The position numbers and the translations under genes are program-made. The notes beneath the pieces are model-generated. The model was not told the origin of the DNA and made no database searches. It saw only the letters and a program-made list of their open reading frames with translations. A stretch of DNA of 64,000 bases from Methanotrichaceae archaeon. GTDB lineage: Archaea > Halobacteriota > Methanosarcinia > Methanotrichales > Methanotrichaceae. The stretch is taken from contig CAVWIG010000018.1 in the NCBI GenBank assembly GCA_963754945.1, positions 96,001 to 160,000 of the forward strand. Reading direction: 5' to 3'. How positions within the stretch are numbered: the first letter of the stretch is position 1; every line of letters begins with the position of its first letter. Shown here one piece after another: positions 39,540-49,372 of the stretch.

Positions 39540-40754
39540 AGATTTCGCGAACCTCTCTTGGGAAGAACTCGATCAATTACGTCAGCGATATTCAATGCAT
39601 CAAATATGCCAGCAACTATGCCAAGGTGACCTATCAAATATGATTGGACATCCATATCCATGCTACTTCCCTTCTTGGAAGCAGTAGAAAGTCGTTATTA
39701 AATAATCTTTCCCATTTTAATCATAGGCTATTTCTGGATTATTTGATGCGAAGCGCGGAATGTGGGCTTGACTGTTGTAACCAACACTCTTCCCATCCCA
39801 AATACTCTTTTTATAACAGCATGAGGCCGTTCTCCCGGGGATCTTAGTATGCTTATCAACCTGTTTCGCTCTTTATCAAGCTCCTCAAGAGGCTTTTCTG
39901 ATGTTCTGCGTTTCATCGTGAAATCGATACCCCTTGCTTCAGCGCCAAAATATCCTCTATCTCTAAGGACGATTTCATCTTTGGTTGATAAGTCAACCTG
40001 ACTATCATGCAATGAAGCGGTTGTTGTCTCGATTTCGCGTATTAGGCAGTAATCGATATCGGTTTTTTGGTGCAGCTTATATCCAAAATGAGTCTCATTT
40101 CCTTTCTTTGCCCAGGTTCCATCTCGACTGCGTCGAGTCTTAGCATCCTCACCACGAGGTTTTTTTGAAGAACCGGGATCTGCTTCAATGAATGTTGCAT
40201 CTTGCACCGTTCCACACTTAACCTGCAAACCCATAGCGACTAACTGTCTTTGCAGTTCTGACCAGATCAACTCAGCTTTTCCGGATTCTGCAATGCGTTG
40301 CTTGAATAGCCATATCGTTCGGGAGTCTGGCAAAGGATCAGGATAATCAAGGAACGCCATAAATGATATGCGGTCAGCCATTTGTCTTTCAATTCCCAAA
40401 TCGCTCAGACCATGCCATTTCTGAAGGATCAAAATCTTGAACATCATGATGACATCGCAGTTTGGTCTTCCACCTTTCTCGCTTTTATTATCATACATCT
40501 CTTCGAGAATTTGGCGGAAAGGTGCCCAATCAATCTTATTCGATATCTCTGAGAGTCGCGACTTCTCTTGCTTGGCATGGAGACCTTTAAGCATCCAAGT
40601 AGTAAATGAATCCATAATATACAATAGTATTAATAGTATATAAACTTTACTATAATTAAAGCCAGGTAGGTTTATAGGAATTCTCTTAGAACCGCTATAA
40701 TAGATGAAATTCTATAAAATAGAGGTTAGGGGAGATGTCTCCCCTATATGTATT

Positions 40755-41723
40755 TTAAGGTTTGCAGTACGGGAACGGACAGGACGTGCAGTCGAAGAAG
40801 CCCTTCGCGCTGTGGTATCTCTGGTCGTGGATAGTCATATCGTTCCAGCCTTCATTACAGGTGCATGGCAGCCAGTCGTATGTGGGCTTGTTCCTGGAAT
40901 AGGGAGCTGCCAGGGTCATGTTCTTCTCGACGTGGTATGTTCCGAAGTAATCCTCATCGATTTCGACCGCTGGTTTCTTCCAGGCTGTTACTTCCATCGA
41001 TGATAAGGAGTTCGGAATTATTCCTGTGCCATCGGCGTTAGCCTGCAACACACCGATGTGTATCTTGCCTTCCCCTACATCCTCTTTTATCCTCATCTGG
41101 GTGACTGCGTTAGCCGTGTAGAGCGGGTCGTAAGTGAAGTTGGTGAAGTCCTTTACGGTGACGCTGAGATCCTTGTCGAGCTTGTGGGCGTACTCGACCT
41201 CGTTCTGCATCTCTGAGCCTGCAAGCCGGTTCTTTACCCAGGTCTTCTCCTTGATCAGGGAATCGTAGTTCAGCGGATTGACTGCGTAGTAGCCGGTCCC
41301 TATTGCGATTCTCGTCGGAGCGTACACTGCATGGGTGGTCTCTTTGTACTGGATGCACGACACAGCGGCGTCATTCCAGTCTGCATTCCACAGATGGTAC
41401 TGGTGGGTTGTTTGGTAGTTGCTCAGAACAGCCTCGTTGTCCAGAGACCCGCTTCCATGGGCGTAATCCTTGAACTCGGCATTTCCCATCTTGGCGTATT
41501 TGTAAGTCATGTAGTAGCCGTTGCCCTGAACGGACTGCTCAAAGCTGAAGCTCACGTTCTTGTCTACTATCTGATTCGCGTATTTAATAGGATAATCATA
41601 TCCTACAAAACCATTCACAGCCTCTTGAGTATAATCGGGCTGTGGAATCAGAGCCGCCGTCACAATTGCCGTTGTTCCTAAAACCGCCATTAGGACCAAC
41701 GCCGCTAACATAATACTCTTCAT
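40755..41723 (-). CDS. exported/cell-envelope protein with Cys-rich tail
   Basis: Signal peptide; EQSVQGNG, HGSGS, DEDYFGTY, DWLPC...FDCT; codon usage resembling the mcr genes. Confidence 0.75.
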   Translation of the reverse strand: MKSIMLAALVLMAVLGTTAIVTAALIPQPDYTQEAVNGFVGYDYPIKYANQIVDKNVSFSFEQSVQGNGYYMTYKYAKMGNAEFKDYAHGSGSLDNEAVLSNYQTTHQYHLWNADWNDAAVSCIQYKETTHAVYAPTRIAIGTGYYAVNPLNYDSLIKEKTWVKNRLAGSEMQNEVEYAHKLDKDLSVTVKDFTNFTYDPLYTANAVTQMRIKEDVGEGKIHIGVLQANADGTGIIPNSLSSMEVTAWKKPAVEIDEDYFGTYHVEKNMTLAAPYSRNKPTYDWLPCTCNEGWNDMTIHDQRYHSAKGFFDCTSCPFPYCKP

Positions 41724-42107
41724 GTAATCCCTCCATGTAAATACGAGTTATCCTCTTTGAGGTCCTTTGGAATTCTTTTGTTACTCTTCTATTTGAATCT
41801 GTTGATCCTGAAGGATACGCCTAATAGAATTCGACATAGAAAAGCTGCACGGTTCACCCTACCAGCCGGAGGAAGCGACTCGGTACTATAAACATTTCTG
41901 GTGGCCGCAGTTCTCAATTGAAGCAATGAGCACGAAATGAATCTTGATGGATGATCCTAATAATTTTTTTACTATGACAAGTAAATTCGGTAAGAAATGC
42001 TTCGATTAGACAGATTAATCAATTCTTTGAATATAATGCCCATAGATATGCCTATTGATTCATGATTTAGACCGCTCTCTAACTGAATTCGTTGAGGGCG
42101 CTATATA

Positions 42108-43363
42108 CCTCGCAGGAGCGGAGAGGGCGGGGCGAGAAGGCCCCCTCCTTCATGGTAGGGATGAAAGCGGAGTCCTCCCGGTTCCTATAGATAACTATAT
42201 ACGCTAAAACAACTTCTTATATTTCATGCGTAAATCGTATCGCTATAGGCTCTATCCCACTAAGTCCCAACGGTCTGTTTTGAATCAGACTCTGGAGCTT
42301 TGTAGGCAGGTCTATAACGATACACTTGGTTTGCGAAAAGGTGCCTGGGAGAATGAAGACAAATCTATCTCCCTGTACGAAACCAACAGCGTCCTTGTAA
42401 CCTGGAAAGCCAAAAGACCGGAACTTAAGCTGGTCTATTCTCAGGTTCTTCAGAATGTCCAGGTTAGGGTAGATCTGGCCTTGAAAGCCTTTTTCCGAAG
42501 AGTCAAAGCCGGAGAAGAACCTGGATATCCTAGATTCAAGGGCAAAGGTCGCTATGATAGCATCACCTACAAACAATTCGGTGTTGAAATCAGAGATGGT
42601 AAGCTCCATCTAGCAAAGATCGGCGATATCAAGATCAAACTCCATCGACCTATTGAGGGAGATATCAAGACCTGCACTCTTCGGAGATCGACAACGGGCA
42701 AATGGTTTGCTTGTTTCTCGGTCGAGATTGAAGATGTTCCTTTGCCTCCATGGAAAGACGGTTCAGTCGTTGGAATCGATGTAGGATTAGAAAGCTTTGC
42801 AACTCTTTCTAACGGAGAAAAGATCGCTAACCCTCGATTCTTCATAGTCGAAGAAAAAGCATTAGCCAAAGCCCAAAGGAAGCTCTCAAAAGCTCCGATG
42901 GGATCGTCTGAACGGAAGAAAGCCAAATGGGTGGTCGAGCGAGTCCATGAGAGGATTGCTAACAGACGAACCGATTTTGCCAACCACGTTAGTCGTGTGC
43001 TGGTAGATCGCTTTGGTGTTGTTGTCTTTGAAGATCTTGATATCCAAAACATGCTCAAAAACCACTGCCTAGCTAAATCAATCTCGGACGTGGCTTGGAA
43101 TATGCTGGTGAACGCAACTGAGAGCAAAGCAGCATACGCTGGCTCTAAGGTTGTGCTAATAAATCCAAGAAACACATCTCAGATATGTTCTAGGTGTGGC
43201 CTAGTAGTCAAAAAAGATCTCTCTGAAAGAGTCCATAGCTGCTCGGAATGTGGCTTGTCTATGGATAGAGATCTCAATGCAGCTATCAACATTCTGAGAT
43301 TGGGGATGCAATCTCTTCGCAAAAGCGATAGAAGCCCCGTCCTTTAGGACGGGGAGCGTTCAC
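42108..43363 (+). mobile_element. tnpB: IS200/IS605-family solo TnpB element copy 2 (CDS 42226-43347)
   Basis: Intact RuvC triad; ends homologous to copy 1; right end GAAGCCCCGTCCTTTAGGACGGGGAGCGTTCAC. Confidence 0.9.
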
Positions 43364-43729
43364 CTATTTATCGCATAGTCGTAGATTCGTGGTATCATAA
43401 CCAAAAGGTTAATACGTAAAGGGTTGGTGGGTATGTACAACATGCCCACTAACTTCGATCTTATAGTATAATAACTAGTCTTAGTCTTAGCATCACTAGT
43501 CTTGAAATCGCGGGCAATATTTCGAAGGATTGATAGTTCGATTCGGCAAAATAGTTCGGGCCGAAGCGCTTAGTATAGTCCGCTTCATAAGATCGGCAAA
43601 TAGGACGTGGGAAACCCCAAAACTTGAAGTGCCTTTAGGAACAATACGCCTACGGGCGAAAGTTCTCGATCGAGGATCGGGGGTATCAAGAACCCCAGCA
43701 ATATGCTGGAACAGGAGGACCAAAGGGGG

Positions 43730-44590
43730 ATGCTGGCAGAACTGGAAGATAAAAAGGCAAAGATCAGACAAGAATCTTTTACGTACAAGGACCGCCGCAG
43801 CCAACTGAATTCAGAGGCGAGCAAATGGGCCGCCAAGAGAAATGATCTCAACAAGTCCACTAAGGAGTTAATTGAGAAGGCCCAGGAACTCAAAAAGCAG
43901 CGGGACGAGAACAACAAAAACGTCGCCGATGCCAAGAAGCACCGAGATGAATTCAACGAAAAGACCAATGCACTGTACGCCAAGATAGACGAGATCCGCA
44001 AGAAGTATAACTTAACTGGCGACCGGTCTATAAGGGATCTGCGCAGAGAGATAGACCACCTGGAGTTCAGGCAGCAAACTGAAGTCCTAAGCCCGGACAA
44101 AGAGAAACAACTGGTCGACAAGATATCTGCCCTCCATGCAGAGTTTCGCAGCCGCAAGGAACAGCTTGAGAAGAACGACGAGCTGCGTAAATTGCTTGAT
44201 GAGGCTCAGGGTCTGAGGGACGAGGCCTCCAAGTTCCACGACGAAGTCACCAAGTATGCGGAGCTGGCCCAGGAGTACCACGACCAGATGATCGCTACCT
44301 TCAAAGAGGCGGATCAAACAAGAGCAGAGGCGGACGCTGCGCACAAGGAGTTTGTAAAAGCTCAGGAAGCCGCAGATGATCAGCACAAGGAGTTCATCCG
44401 CACCCAGCGTGAGGTCCGCGACTTCGATAAGGTCATCGTGGGACTGAAAAAGAAGAACCGCGATAGCAAGGAAGATAGGGCCAAAGAAGTTGCTAAGCGT
44501 GAGGCTGAAGAGATTATGACCCACTTCCGTCAAGGCGAAAAACTGAATACGGCGGATCTGCTTAGATTGCAGCGTGCTGGCCTAGTGTAA
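43730..44590 (+). CDS. conserved archaeal coiled-coil protein (COG1340-like)
   Basis: LEFRQQTEVLS..KEK.LV, GEKL.T.DLL.LQ. Confidence 0.85.
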   Translation: MLAELEDKKAKIRQESFTYKDRRSQLNSEASKWAAKRNDLNKSTKELIEKAQELKKQRDENNKNVADAKKHRDEFNEKTNALYAKIDEIRKKYNLTGDRSIRDLRREIDHLEFRQQTEVLSPDKEKQLVDKISALHAEFRSRKEQLEKNDELRKLLDEAQGLRDEASKFHDEVTKYAELAQEYHDQMIATFKEADQTRAEADAAHKEFVKAQEAADDQHKEFIRTQREVRDFDKVIVGLKKKNRDSKEDRAKEVAKREAEEIMTHFRQGEKLNTADLLRLQRAGLV

Positions 44591-44890
44591 AATCGAATTA
44601 GACGGGCAGAATTCAGGCTGCCCTGTTCTTAGATTTTGTTGTGGCGCCCATTTTAGCTTTGCTTTTGTGTGGTTGAACGTTGTAGGACACAGAAGTGGTA
44701 ACCTTAAAACAAGGTAAGCAAAGGGACTATCAAGTTCTGGGCATAGAATTAGAGAACAATGCGACTTAACGCACTTTTGTCTCAGATTTTTGCTTCCATC
44801 CTCCAAAGCTACGATGAAATAAATTCGCCATCATCTTAAGACTCAAGCAACGACCGCAAGTTTTTAAACATCCTTGCCAGATCTTCAGCG

Positions 44891-45406
44891 ATGGACCAAA
44901 CACGTCTGCTCTTTGGAAAACCGCTCATAAAGGATAGCAAAGAGTTCATCTCCGCAATAAGAGATCTTCAGGCTAGGACTGGATGCATGATCCAGGCCTT
45001 CGATGCTGATAAAGTGGCCAGTGAGAGACATCTGATCTTTGCGATCGAAAAGGCATTTGCGGCCTTCTCCGAAGAGAGGAACATCGCCAAAGACTTAGGT
45101 GTAGAGATTCTGCGCTACGCCTCGGGAGAGCGTCAGATCGAAAGAGCCCTGTCGATAGGTGTATCCGGGTCAACGAAGAGAATAGCTTTAGCGATTACTA
45201 GCCCAGAGTTCGCGGGGGCACCGGCCTGGCCGGACTGCTCTGAACTATCCCAGCTAATAGAAGTCGATGGCATAGGGTGCTCTTTTAAGCTCGACGCGTT
45301 AAGAGAGACTTTCAACATATCGGAAGACGAGATACGGGCATCGGATGAGGCGCGAATCCCGGATCTTGTCCTTGAAAGGGTCGCACTAGTAGATACAATA
45401 AGGTAA
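44891..45406 (+). CDS. cgi121: KEOPS complex subunit Cgi121
   Basis: QAFDA.KVASERHL, EILRYASGERQI..AL, LVLERVAL. Confidence 0.9.
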   Translation: MDQTRLLFGKPLIKDSKEFISAIRDLQARTGCMIQAFDADKVASERHLIFAIEKAFAAFSEERNIAKDLGVEILRYASGERQIERALSIGVSGSTKRIALAITSPEFAGAPAWPDCSELSQLIEVDGIGCSFKLDALRETFNISEDEIRASDEARIPDLVLERVALVDTIR

Positions 45407-45415
45407 GGCGGTGGC

Positions 45416-46021
45416 ATGAAGGAAGAGTTCTATACAGATAAGCGCTGGCAGAACTGGCTCAGCAAAGTCAAAGATAGCAAGTTCACGCTTAAAGATTCTG
45501 ATGAGAAGAATGCCGGCGCAGTCTTCGTCTATATAATGGATGACGTTGTACTGGCCTGCTTAAAGGTCATAGCTAGATGTGAGAGAAAGGTCATACCTCT
45601 GGATGAGGCTCTATCTGAACTGGATAACATAAGGAACATCGTCTTCAAGGAGCATGATTCCCTGGGGGAGGATGCCGATCTCATGATCGATTCTCTCAAG
45701 ACGTCTCTAGCTGCCGTCTTCGCATCCTGTCAGCGTTACATCGCTGGAGACTACGATCGCGAATCTGACCTGAGGCAGATGGTGAAGAAGGCAATCGAGG
45801 CTGAGAACCTGGAGAATATAGACGAAGCCTTCGACATTCTCGGCCATGTTGGGGCCAGAGTGATAGGAGGAGAGAGCCTTCCCGAGGAGGCCATGGCCGA
45901 TTTGCCCTACAGTATGACTGTAGAGCTTCTGGACGGCATAGATGCCATCTCCGCCGCTATGATTGGAGACGACTCCTACAAGGAAGACGACGGAACTGAA
46001 GAATGCAGCGAAGGATTGTAA
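45416..46021 (+). CDS. DUF2150-like methanogen protein
   Basis: FYT..RWQNWL, DDVVLACLKVI, GARVIGG. Confidence 0.75.
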   Translation: MKEEFYTDKRWQNWLSKVKDSKFTLKDSDEKNAGAVFVYIMDDVVLACLKVIARCERKVIPLDEALSELDNIRNIVFKEHDSLGEDADLMIDSLKTSLAAVFASCQRYIAGDYDRESDLRQMVKKAIEAENLENIDEAFDILGHVGARVIGGESLPEEAMADLPYSMTVELLDGIDAISAAMIGDDSYKEDDGTEECSEGL

Positions 46022-46095
46022 TTCTTAGCTACAAACGCCTTATTTAGCCATCAATTCGGTTCCGCTACATTTCGAGATGAATCTATCAACGTTGG

Positions 46096-46986
46096 CTAAT
46101 CAGAACCGTTGAATCTTGTAGTAACCTCACAGCCGTTCTCCTGGACGATAACCGTATGCTCCGCTTGAGAAACCAGAGCGCCCTCTACCTCCCACAATAC
46201 CGGATAGCTGTGAATTATTCCAGCCCTCAAAAGTTGCGACAGGGCGTAGTCTATCCTCTCCCCGACCAGCCACCTGCGCGCGAAAGGCAGGGTCTTATAC
46301 TTTTCCTGGATCTCCTTCGCGAGTTCTCTTGCCTGGGGTGATCTGATCGGCCTGTGGCCAGAGAAACCAAAAATCTCGGTTTGAGGCGCCTCGGAAATTC
46401 TTCCTGAGCCATTCGTGGCAAAAGGCTCGATTGCGATAACGTCTCCATCCTTCAGGGTCACTCCCTTTTCCAGGACTTTGTTGGGTATGATTGGCTCGGC
46501 GTGAGCCGAGTACCTCTCCAGGCCATGCCCGGTGAGGTTGGCAACCGGTTTGAAGCCGTAGCCAGTTATGGCCCGCTCTATGGCCGCCCCGATATCGGCT
46601 GTGTTTGCTCCGGGAGTTACCAGCTCGATGGCTGCATCTAATGCCGCCTGCGACGCCTCCACCAGCTCGGTGTGTCCGCTGAGGTCCACAGTGATTGCGG
46701 CGTCGGCTATGTAGCCGTCAACGTGAACCCCTATGTCGAGCTTGGTCATGCTCTCGCCAAAGGTGCTCTCGTCCTTGGGGCCGGGAGTATAGTGGGCGGC
46801 CACTCTGTCCCTTGAGATGTTACAGGGAAAGGCAGGTTCTGCTCCTTCTTTTCTGATCGACCCTTCCACAAACTCGGCCACCTCGATCAATAGCACGTCC
46901 ACGTCCACCTTAGACCGGGCCTCCTGGCAAACCTTGGCCAAGATCCTTCCGGCCTTCCTGTAATTTTCTAAGACATCTGATTCCAT
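46096..46986 (-). CDS. map: type II methionine aminopeptidase
   Basis: AFPCNIS, AAHYTP, DGYIAD, NLTGHG, AIEPFAT, QAEHT. Confidence 0.96.
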   Translation of the reverse strand: MESDVLENYRKAGRILAKVCQEARSKVDVDVLLIEVAEFVEGSIRKEGAEPAFPCNISRDRVAAHYTPGPKDESTFGESMTKLDIGVHVDGYIADAAITVDLSGHTELVEASQAALDAAIELVTPGANTADIGAAIERAITGYGFKPVANLTGHGLERYSAHAEPIIPNKVLEKGVTLKDGDVIAIEPFATNGSGRISEAPQTEIFGFSGHRPIRSPQARELAKEIQEKYKTLPFARRWLVGERIDYALSQLLRAGIIHSYPVLWEVEGALVSQAEHTVIVQENGCEVTTRFNGSD

Positions 46987-47074
46987 GTATCCACCTAAAT
47001 TTCAGGTCCGGGTTCGGTCATAAGCCCGTCACCAATCTGTGGTTAATATTTGAAGGAATTATTTGAAGGATTTC

Positions 47075-48220
47075 TTAGACGACTAAACGCCTCTCGAACT
47101 CGGTGAGGTTATCGCATCCCTCTGGCCTAACAACCAAAAGATCCTCCAGACGGACACCGCCCAGGTCCGGATAGTAGAGACCAGGCTCGACTGTGACAAC
47201 ACTGCCGGCCTGCAGCACCCCTCCAGCCTCGCTGAGGGATGGGCTCTCGTGGACCTCCAAGCCCACCCCATGACCGGTGGAGTGGATGAACCCACTATCA
47301 TCTCCCTCCGGATAACCGCGGTCTAGGAAAATCTGGCTTACACTGGAGTGAACTTCTTTGCCGTCGACTCCCGCGCGCACGGCATCTATTCCGGCATTCT
47401 GGGCTGCTACCACAGCGTCATAGATGTCCACGATCTCGGGACTGGCCTCCCCCCTTAGCACTGTCCTGGTCATGTCGGCAAAGTATCTGCTGCGTTTGGA
47501 CCTAGGGAAGATATCGATCACAACAGGGGAGTTGGCCGGGAGTGGGCCGCAGCCACTAGCGTGGGGATTGGCGGCAGCAGTCCCTCCGGCCACTATTGTG
47601 TCAAACGCGTCGCACCCCTCCTCGAGGAGGGATATCTCGATGGAGCTTCGGACTTTCTCCGATGTCAGAGGGTTGCCGTCCGCGTACAGGTAATCTCCTT
47701 TGGGTTCCGATCTGGAGATCGAGTCGATAGCCAAGCGCATGGCCTTTTCACAAGCCTTCTGCACCCTCCCTATGGCCTCGATTTCCTGCTCGCTCTTGAC
47801 CTCACGCCACTTGGAGACGGGACTCTCAACGATTGTGATCTGGAACTCCTTGGAGAGCGTTGTGAAGATTCCCGCCGGAAACCTTTGTGGCACACCGATT
47901 CGACGCACTCCAAGGTCGCGAAGAAACTCGACCAGAGCTGCTGAGTAGGCAACGCCAGGTTTTCCCGAGGCTTTGAGCAACTCCCTGATGCCATACTCGG
48001 ATGTGCTGACCACCTTGTCGGCAGAGCTCTCGTGCATTGCCCTGCGTAGCTCCATGGACGAGACGAGCATGGTAACTTTCTCCGCGGCCAGGATGGTGAA
48101 GCGATCGACAGCGGAGAACCTGGTAAGATAGTACATATCAGGATCGCAGATGCTGTCGCCGACAAGAAGAAGCCCGTCCAGTTTCTGCTCTTCCAGGTAC
48201 TTCTTCAGCTTTGTCTGCAT
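47075..48220 (-). CDS. Xaa-Pro aminopeptidase (M24)
   Basis: DMTRT, HSTGHGVGLEVHE, TVEPGLY, GVRLED. Confidence 0.93.
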   Translation of the reverse strand: MQTKLKKYLEEQKLDGLLLVGDSICDPDMYYLTRFSAVDRFTILAAEKVTMLVSSMELRRAMHESSADKVVSTSEYGIRELLKASGKPGVAYSAALVEFLRDLGVRRIGVPQRFPAGIFTTLSKEFQITIVESPVSKWREVKSEQEIEAIGRVQKACEKAMRLAIDSISRSEPKGDYLYADGNPLTSEKVRSSIEISLLEEGCDAFDTIVAGGTAAANPHASGCGPLPANSPVVIDIFPRSKRSRYFADMTRTVLRGEASPEIVDIYDAVVAAQNAGIDAVRAGVDGKEVHSSVSQIFLDRGYPEGDDSGFIHSTGHGVGLEVHESPSLSEAGGVLQAGSVVTVEPGLYYPDLGGVRLEDLLVVRPEGCDNLTEFERRLVV

Positions 48221-48972
48221 TTTATGGCCCTGGTGACATCGAGGACGAAGGCTGTCACGTCCTTGCTCTTCTCCACCGCGGTTCCTGTTACTATCAAGTT
48301 CGCGCCCGCCTTCACTACCTCGGCGGCCGCAGCTCCGCTTCGGATCCCTCCACCGACCACCAGGAGGGTCTCCCCCAAAACACGTTTCACAGCTTTGACC
48401 ATCTCAAGGGGCACGGGCGTTTCAGCTCCCGATCCGGCCTCCAGGTAGACCATGCGCATACCCAAGTACTTGGCTGCTAGAGCATAGGCGGCTGCTATCT
48501 CCGGTTTCTTTCGGGGTATGATCCTGGCATCCCCCACCCAGCCCACAGTCCCTCCAGGCTCTACTATTATGTAGGCCATGGGCAAGGGCTCGAGATTATA
48601 CCTCATAACCAGGGGTGCACCGAGCACCTGGTTCTCTACGATGTAGCTGGTGGACCTGGAGTTCAAGAGGCTCATGAAAAATACGGCATCTGCATTCTGA
48701 CAAAGTCCAGCTGCGCTGCTGGGAAATAGGATGACTGGCAGTTCGGTCCGCTCTTTGATCTGTCTGACAGTCTCTTCAAGTATAGAACCACTGGCCCCTA
48801 CCGAGCCGCCCACCATGATGGCATCCGTGCCTCCAGCCGCTGCGGCCTCAGCAATCCTGCCTGCCTCTGATGGGCTCTGGGAATCCGGATCTATCAGCGT
48901 CAGATGGGCTGCTCCGTTGGCTACAACTGCCTGGACCAGTCCTTCCTCGACCCGGCCGATATTAAGCCTCAT
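48205..48972 (-). CDS. geranylgeranylglyceryl phosphate synthase
   Basis: HLTLIDPD, MVGGS, FMSLLNS, YLEAGSGA, VGGGIR. Confidence 0.94.
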   Translation of the reverse strand: MRLNIGRVEEGLVQAVVANGAAHLTLIDPDSQSPSEAGRIAEAAAAGGTDAIMVGGSVGASGSILEETVRQIKERTELPVILFPSSAAGLCQNADAVFFMSLLNSRSTSYIVENQVLGAPLVMRYNLEPLPMAYIIVEPGGTVGWVGDARIIPRKKPEIAAAYALAAKYLGMRMVYLEAGSGAETPVPLEMVKAVKRVLGETLLVVGGGIRSGAAAAEVVKAGANLIVTGTAVEKSKDVTAFVLDVTRAIKCRQS

Positions 48973-48980
48973 GCAGAAGC

Positions 48981-49130
48981 TTAGGCAGCCCTGCTCTCCT
49001 TGGACTTCATCCTCAGCCCATGATAGCCGCACTTGCGGCAGCGAGTAGCCTTAACCGGGTTACGCGCATTACAGTGCATACAGATCTTCAAGTTCAAAAT
49101 CCTGTTTTCAGCCTCTGGAAACCTAGCCAT
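48981..49130 (-). CDS. rpl40e: 50S ribosomal protein L40e
   Basis: MARFPEAE.R...[22 protein letters not shown]. Confidence 0.95.
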   Translation of the reverse strand: MARFPEAENRILNLKICMHCNARNPVKATRCRKCGYHGLRMKSKESRAA

Positions 49131-49372
49131 TATAATCGCCTCATAAATCATTCTTGGATTGCGGTTCTTGAATTGTAATTGGTTTTGATTCTGTCTCAAT
49201 TCTCGAAATCGCCAAGATAGGTTGTCTGCTCTGATATTAAGCTTTCCAGCAGATTTTGAAAGGATGGCACGATCTCGATCGAGAGTTCGAGACCCTAAGA
49301 AGCCAGTATGACTTCTTCGTTAGGTGCTGCAGCTAATGCTATCCCGGGAAAAAAAGGCTTCCGGTGATCTCT

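Larger units (their letters stand above)
36726..39766 (-). mobile_element. IS1634-family element, transposase split by IS1
   Basis: TIR CCCACATTCCGC, TSD CTTGAC; GHLGIVAG N-terminus at ~39540-39660; HVDTT, IADSA, VERGFRFLK. Confidence 0.9.
36490..40685 (-). mobile_element. second IS5-family element, transposase (40624 to ~36638) split by IS1634
   Basis: TIR GAGTATTCCTAAAAAC / GTTTATAGGAATTCTC, TSD TTAG; ORF resumes RVHVELMVTAF after the insertion. Confidence 0.88.
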
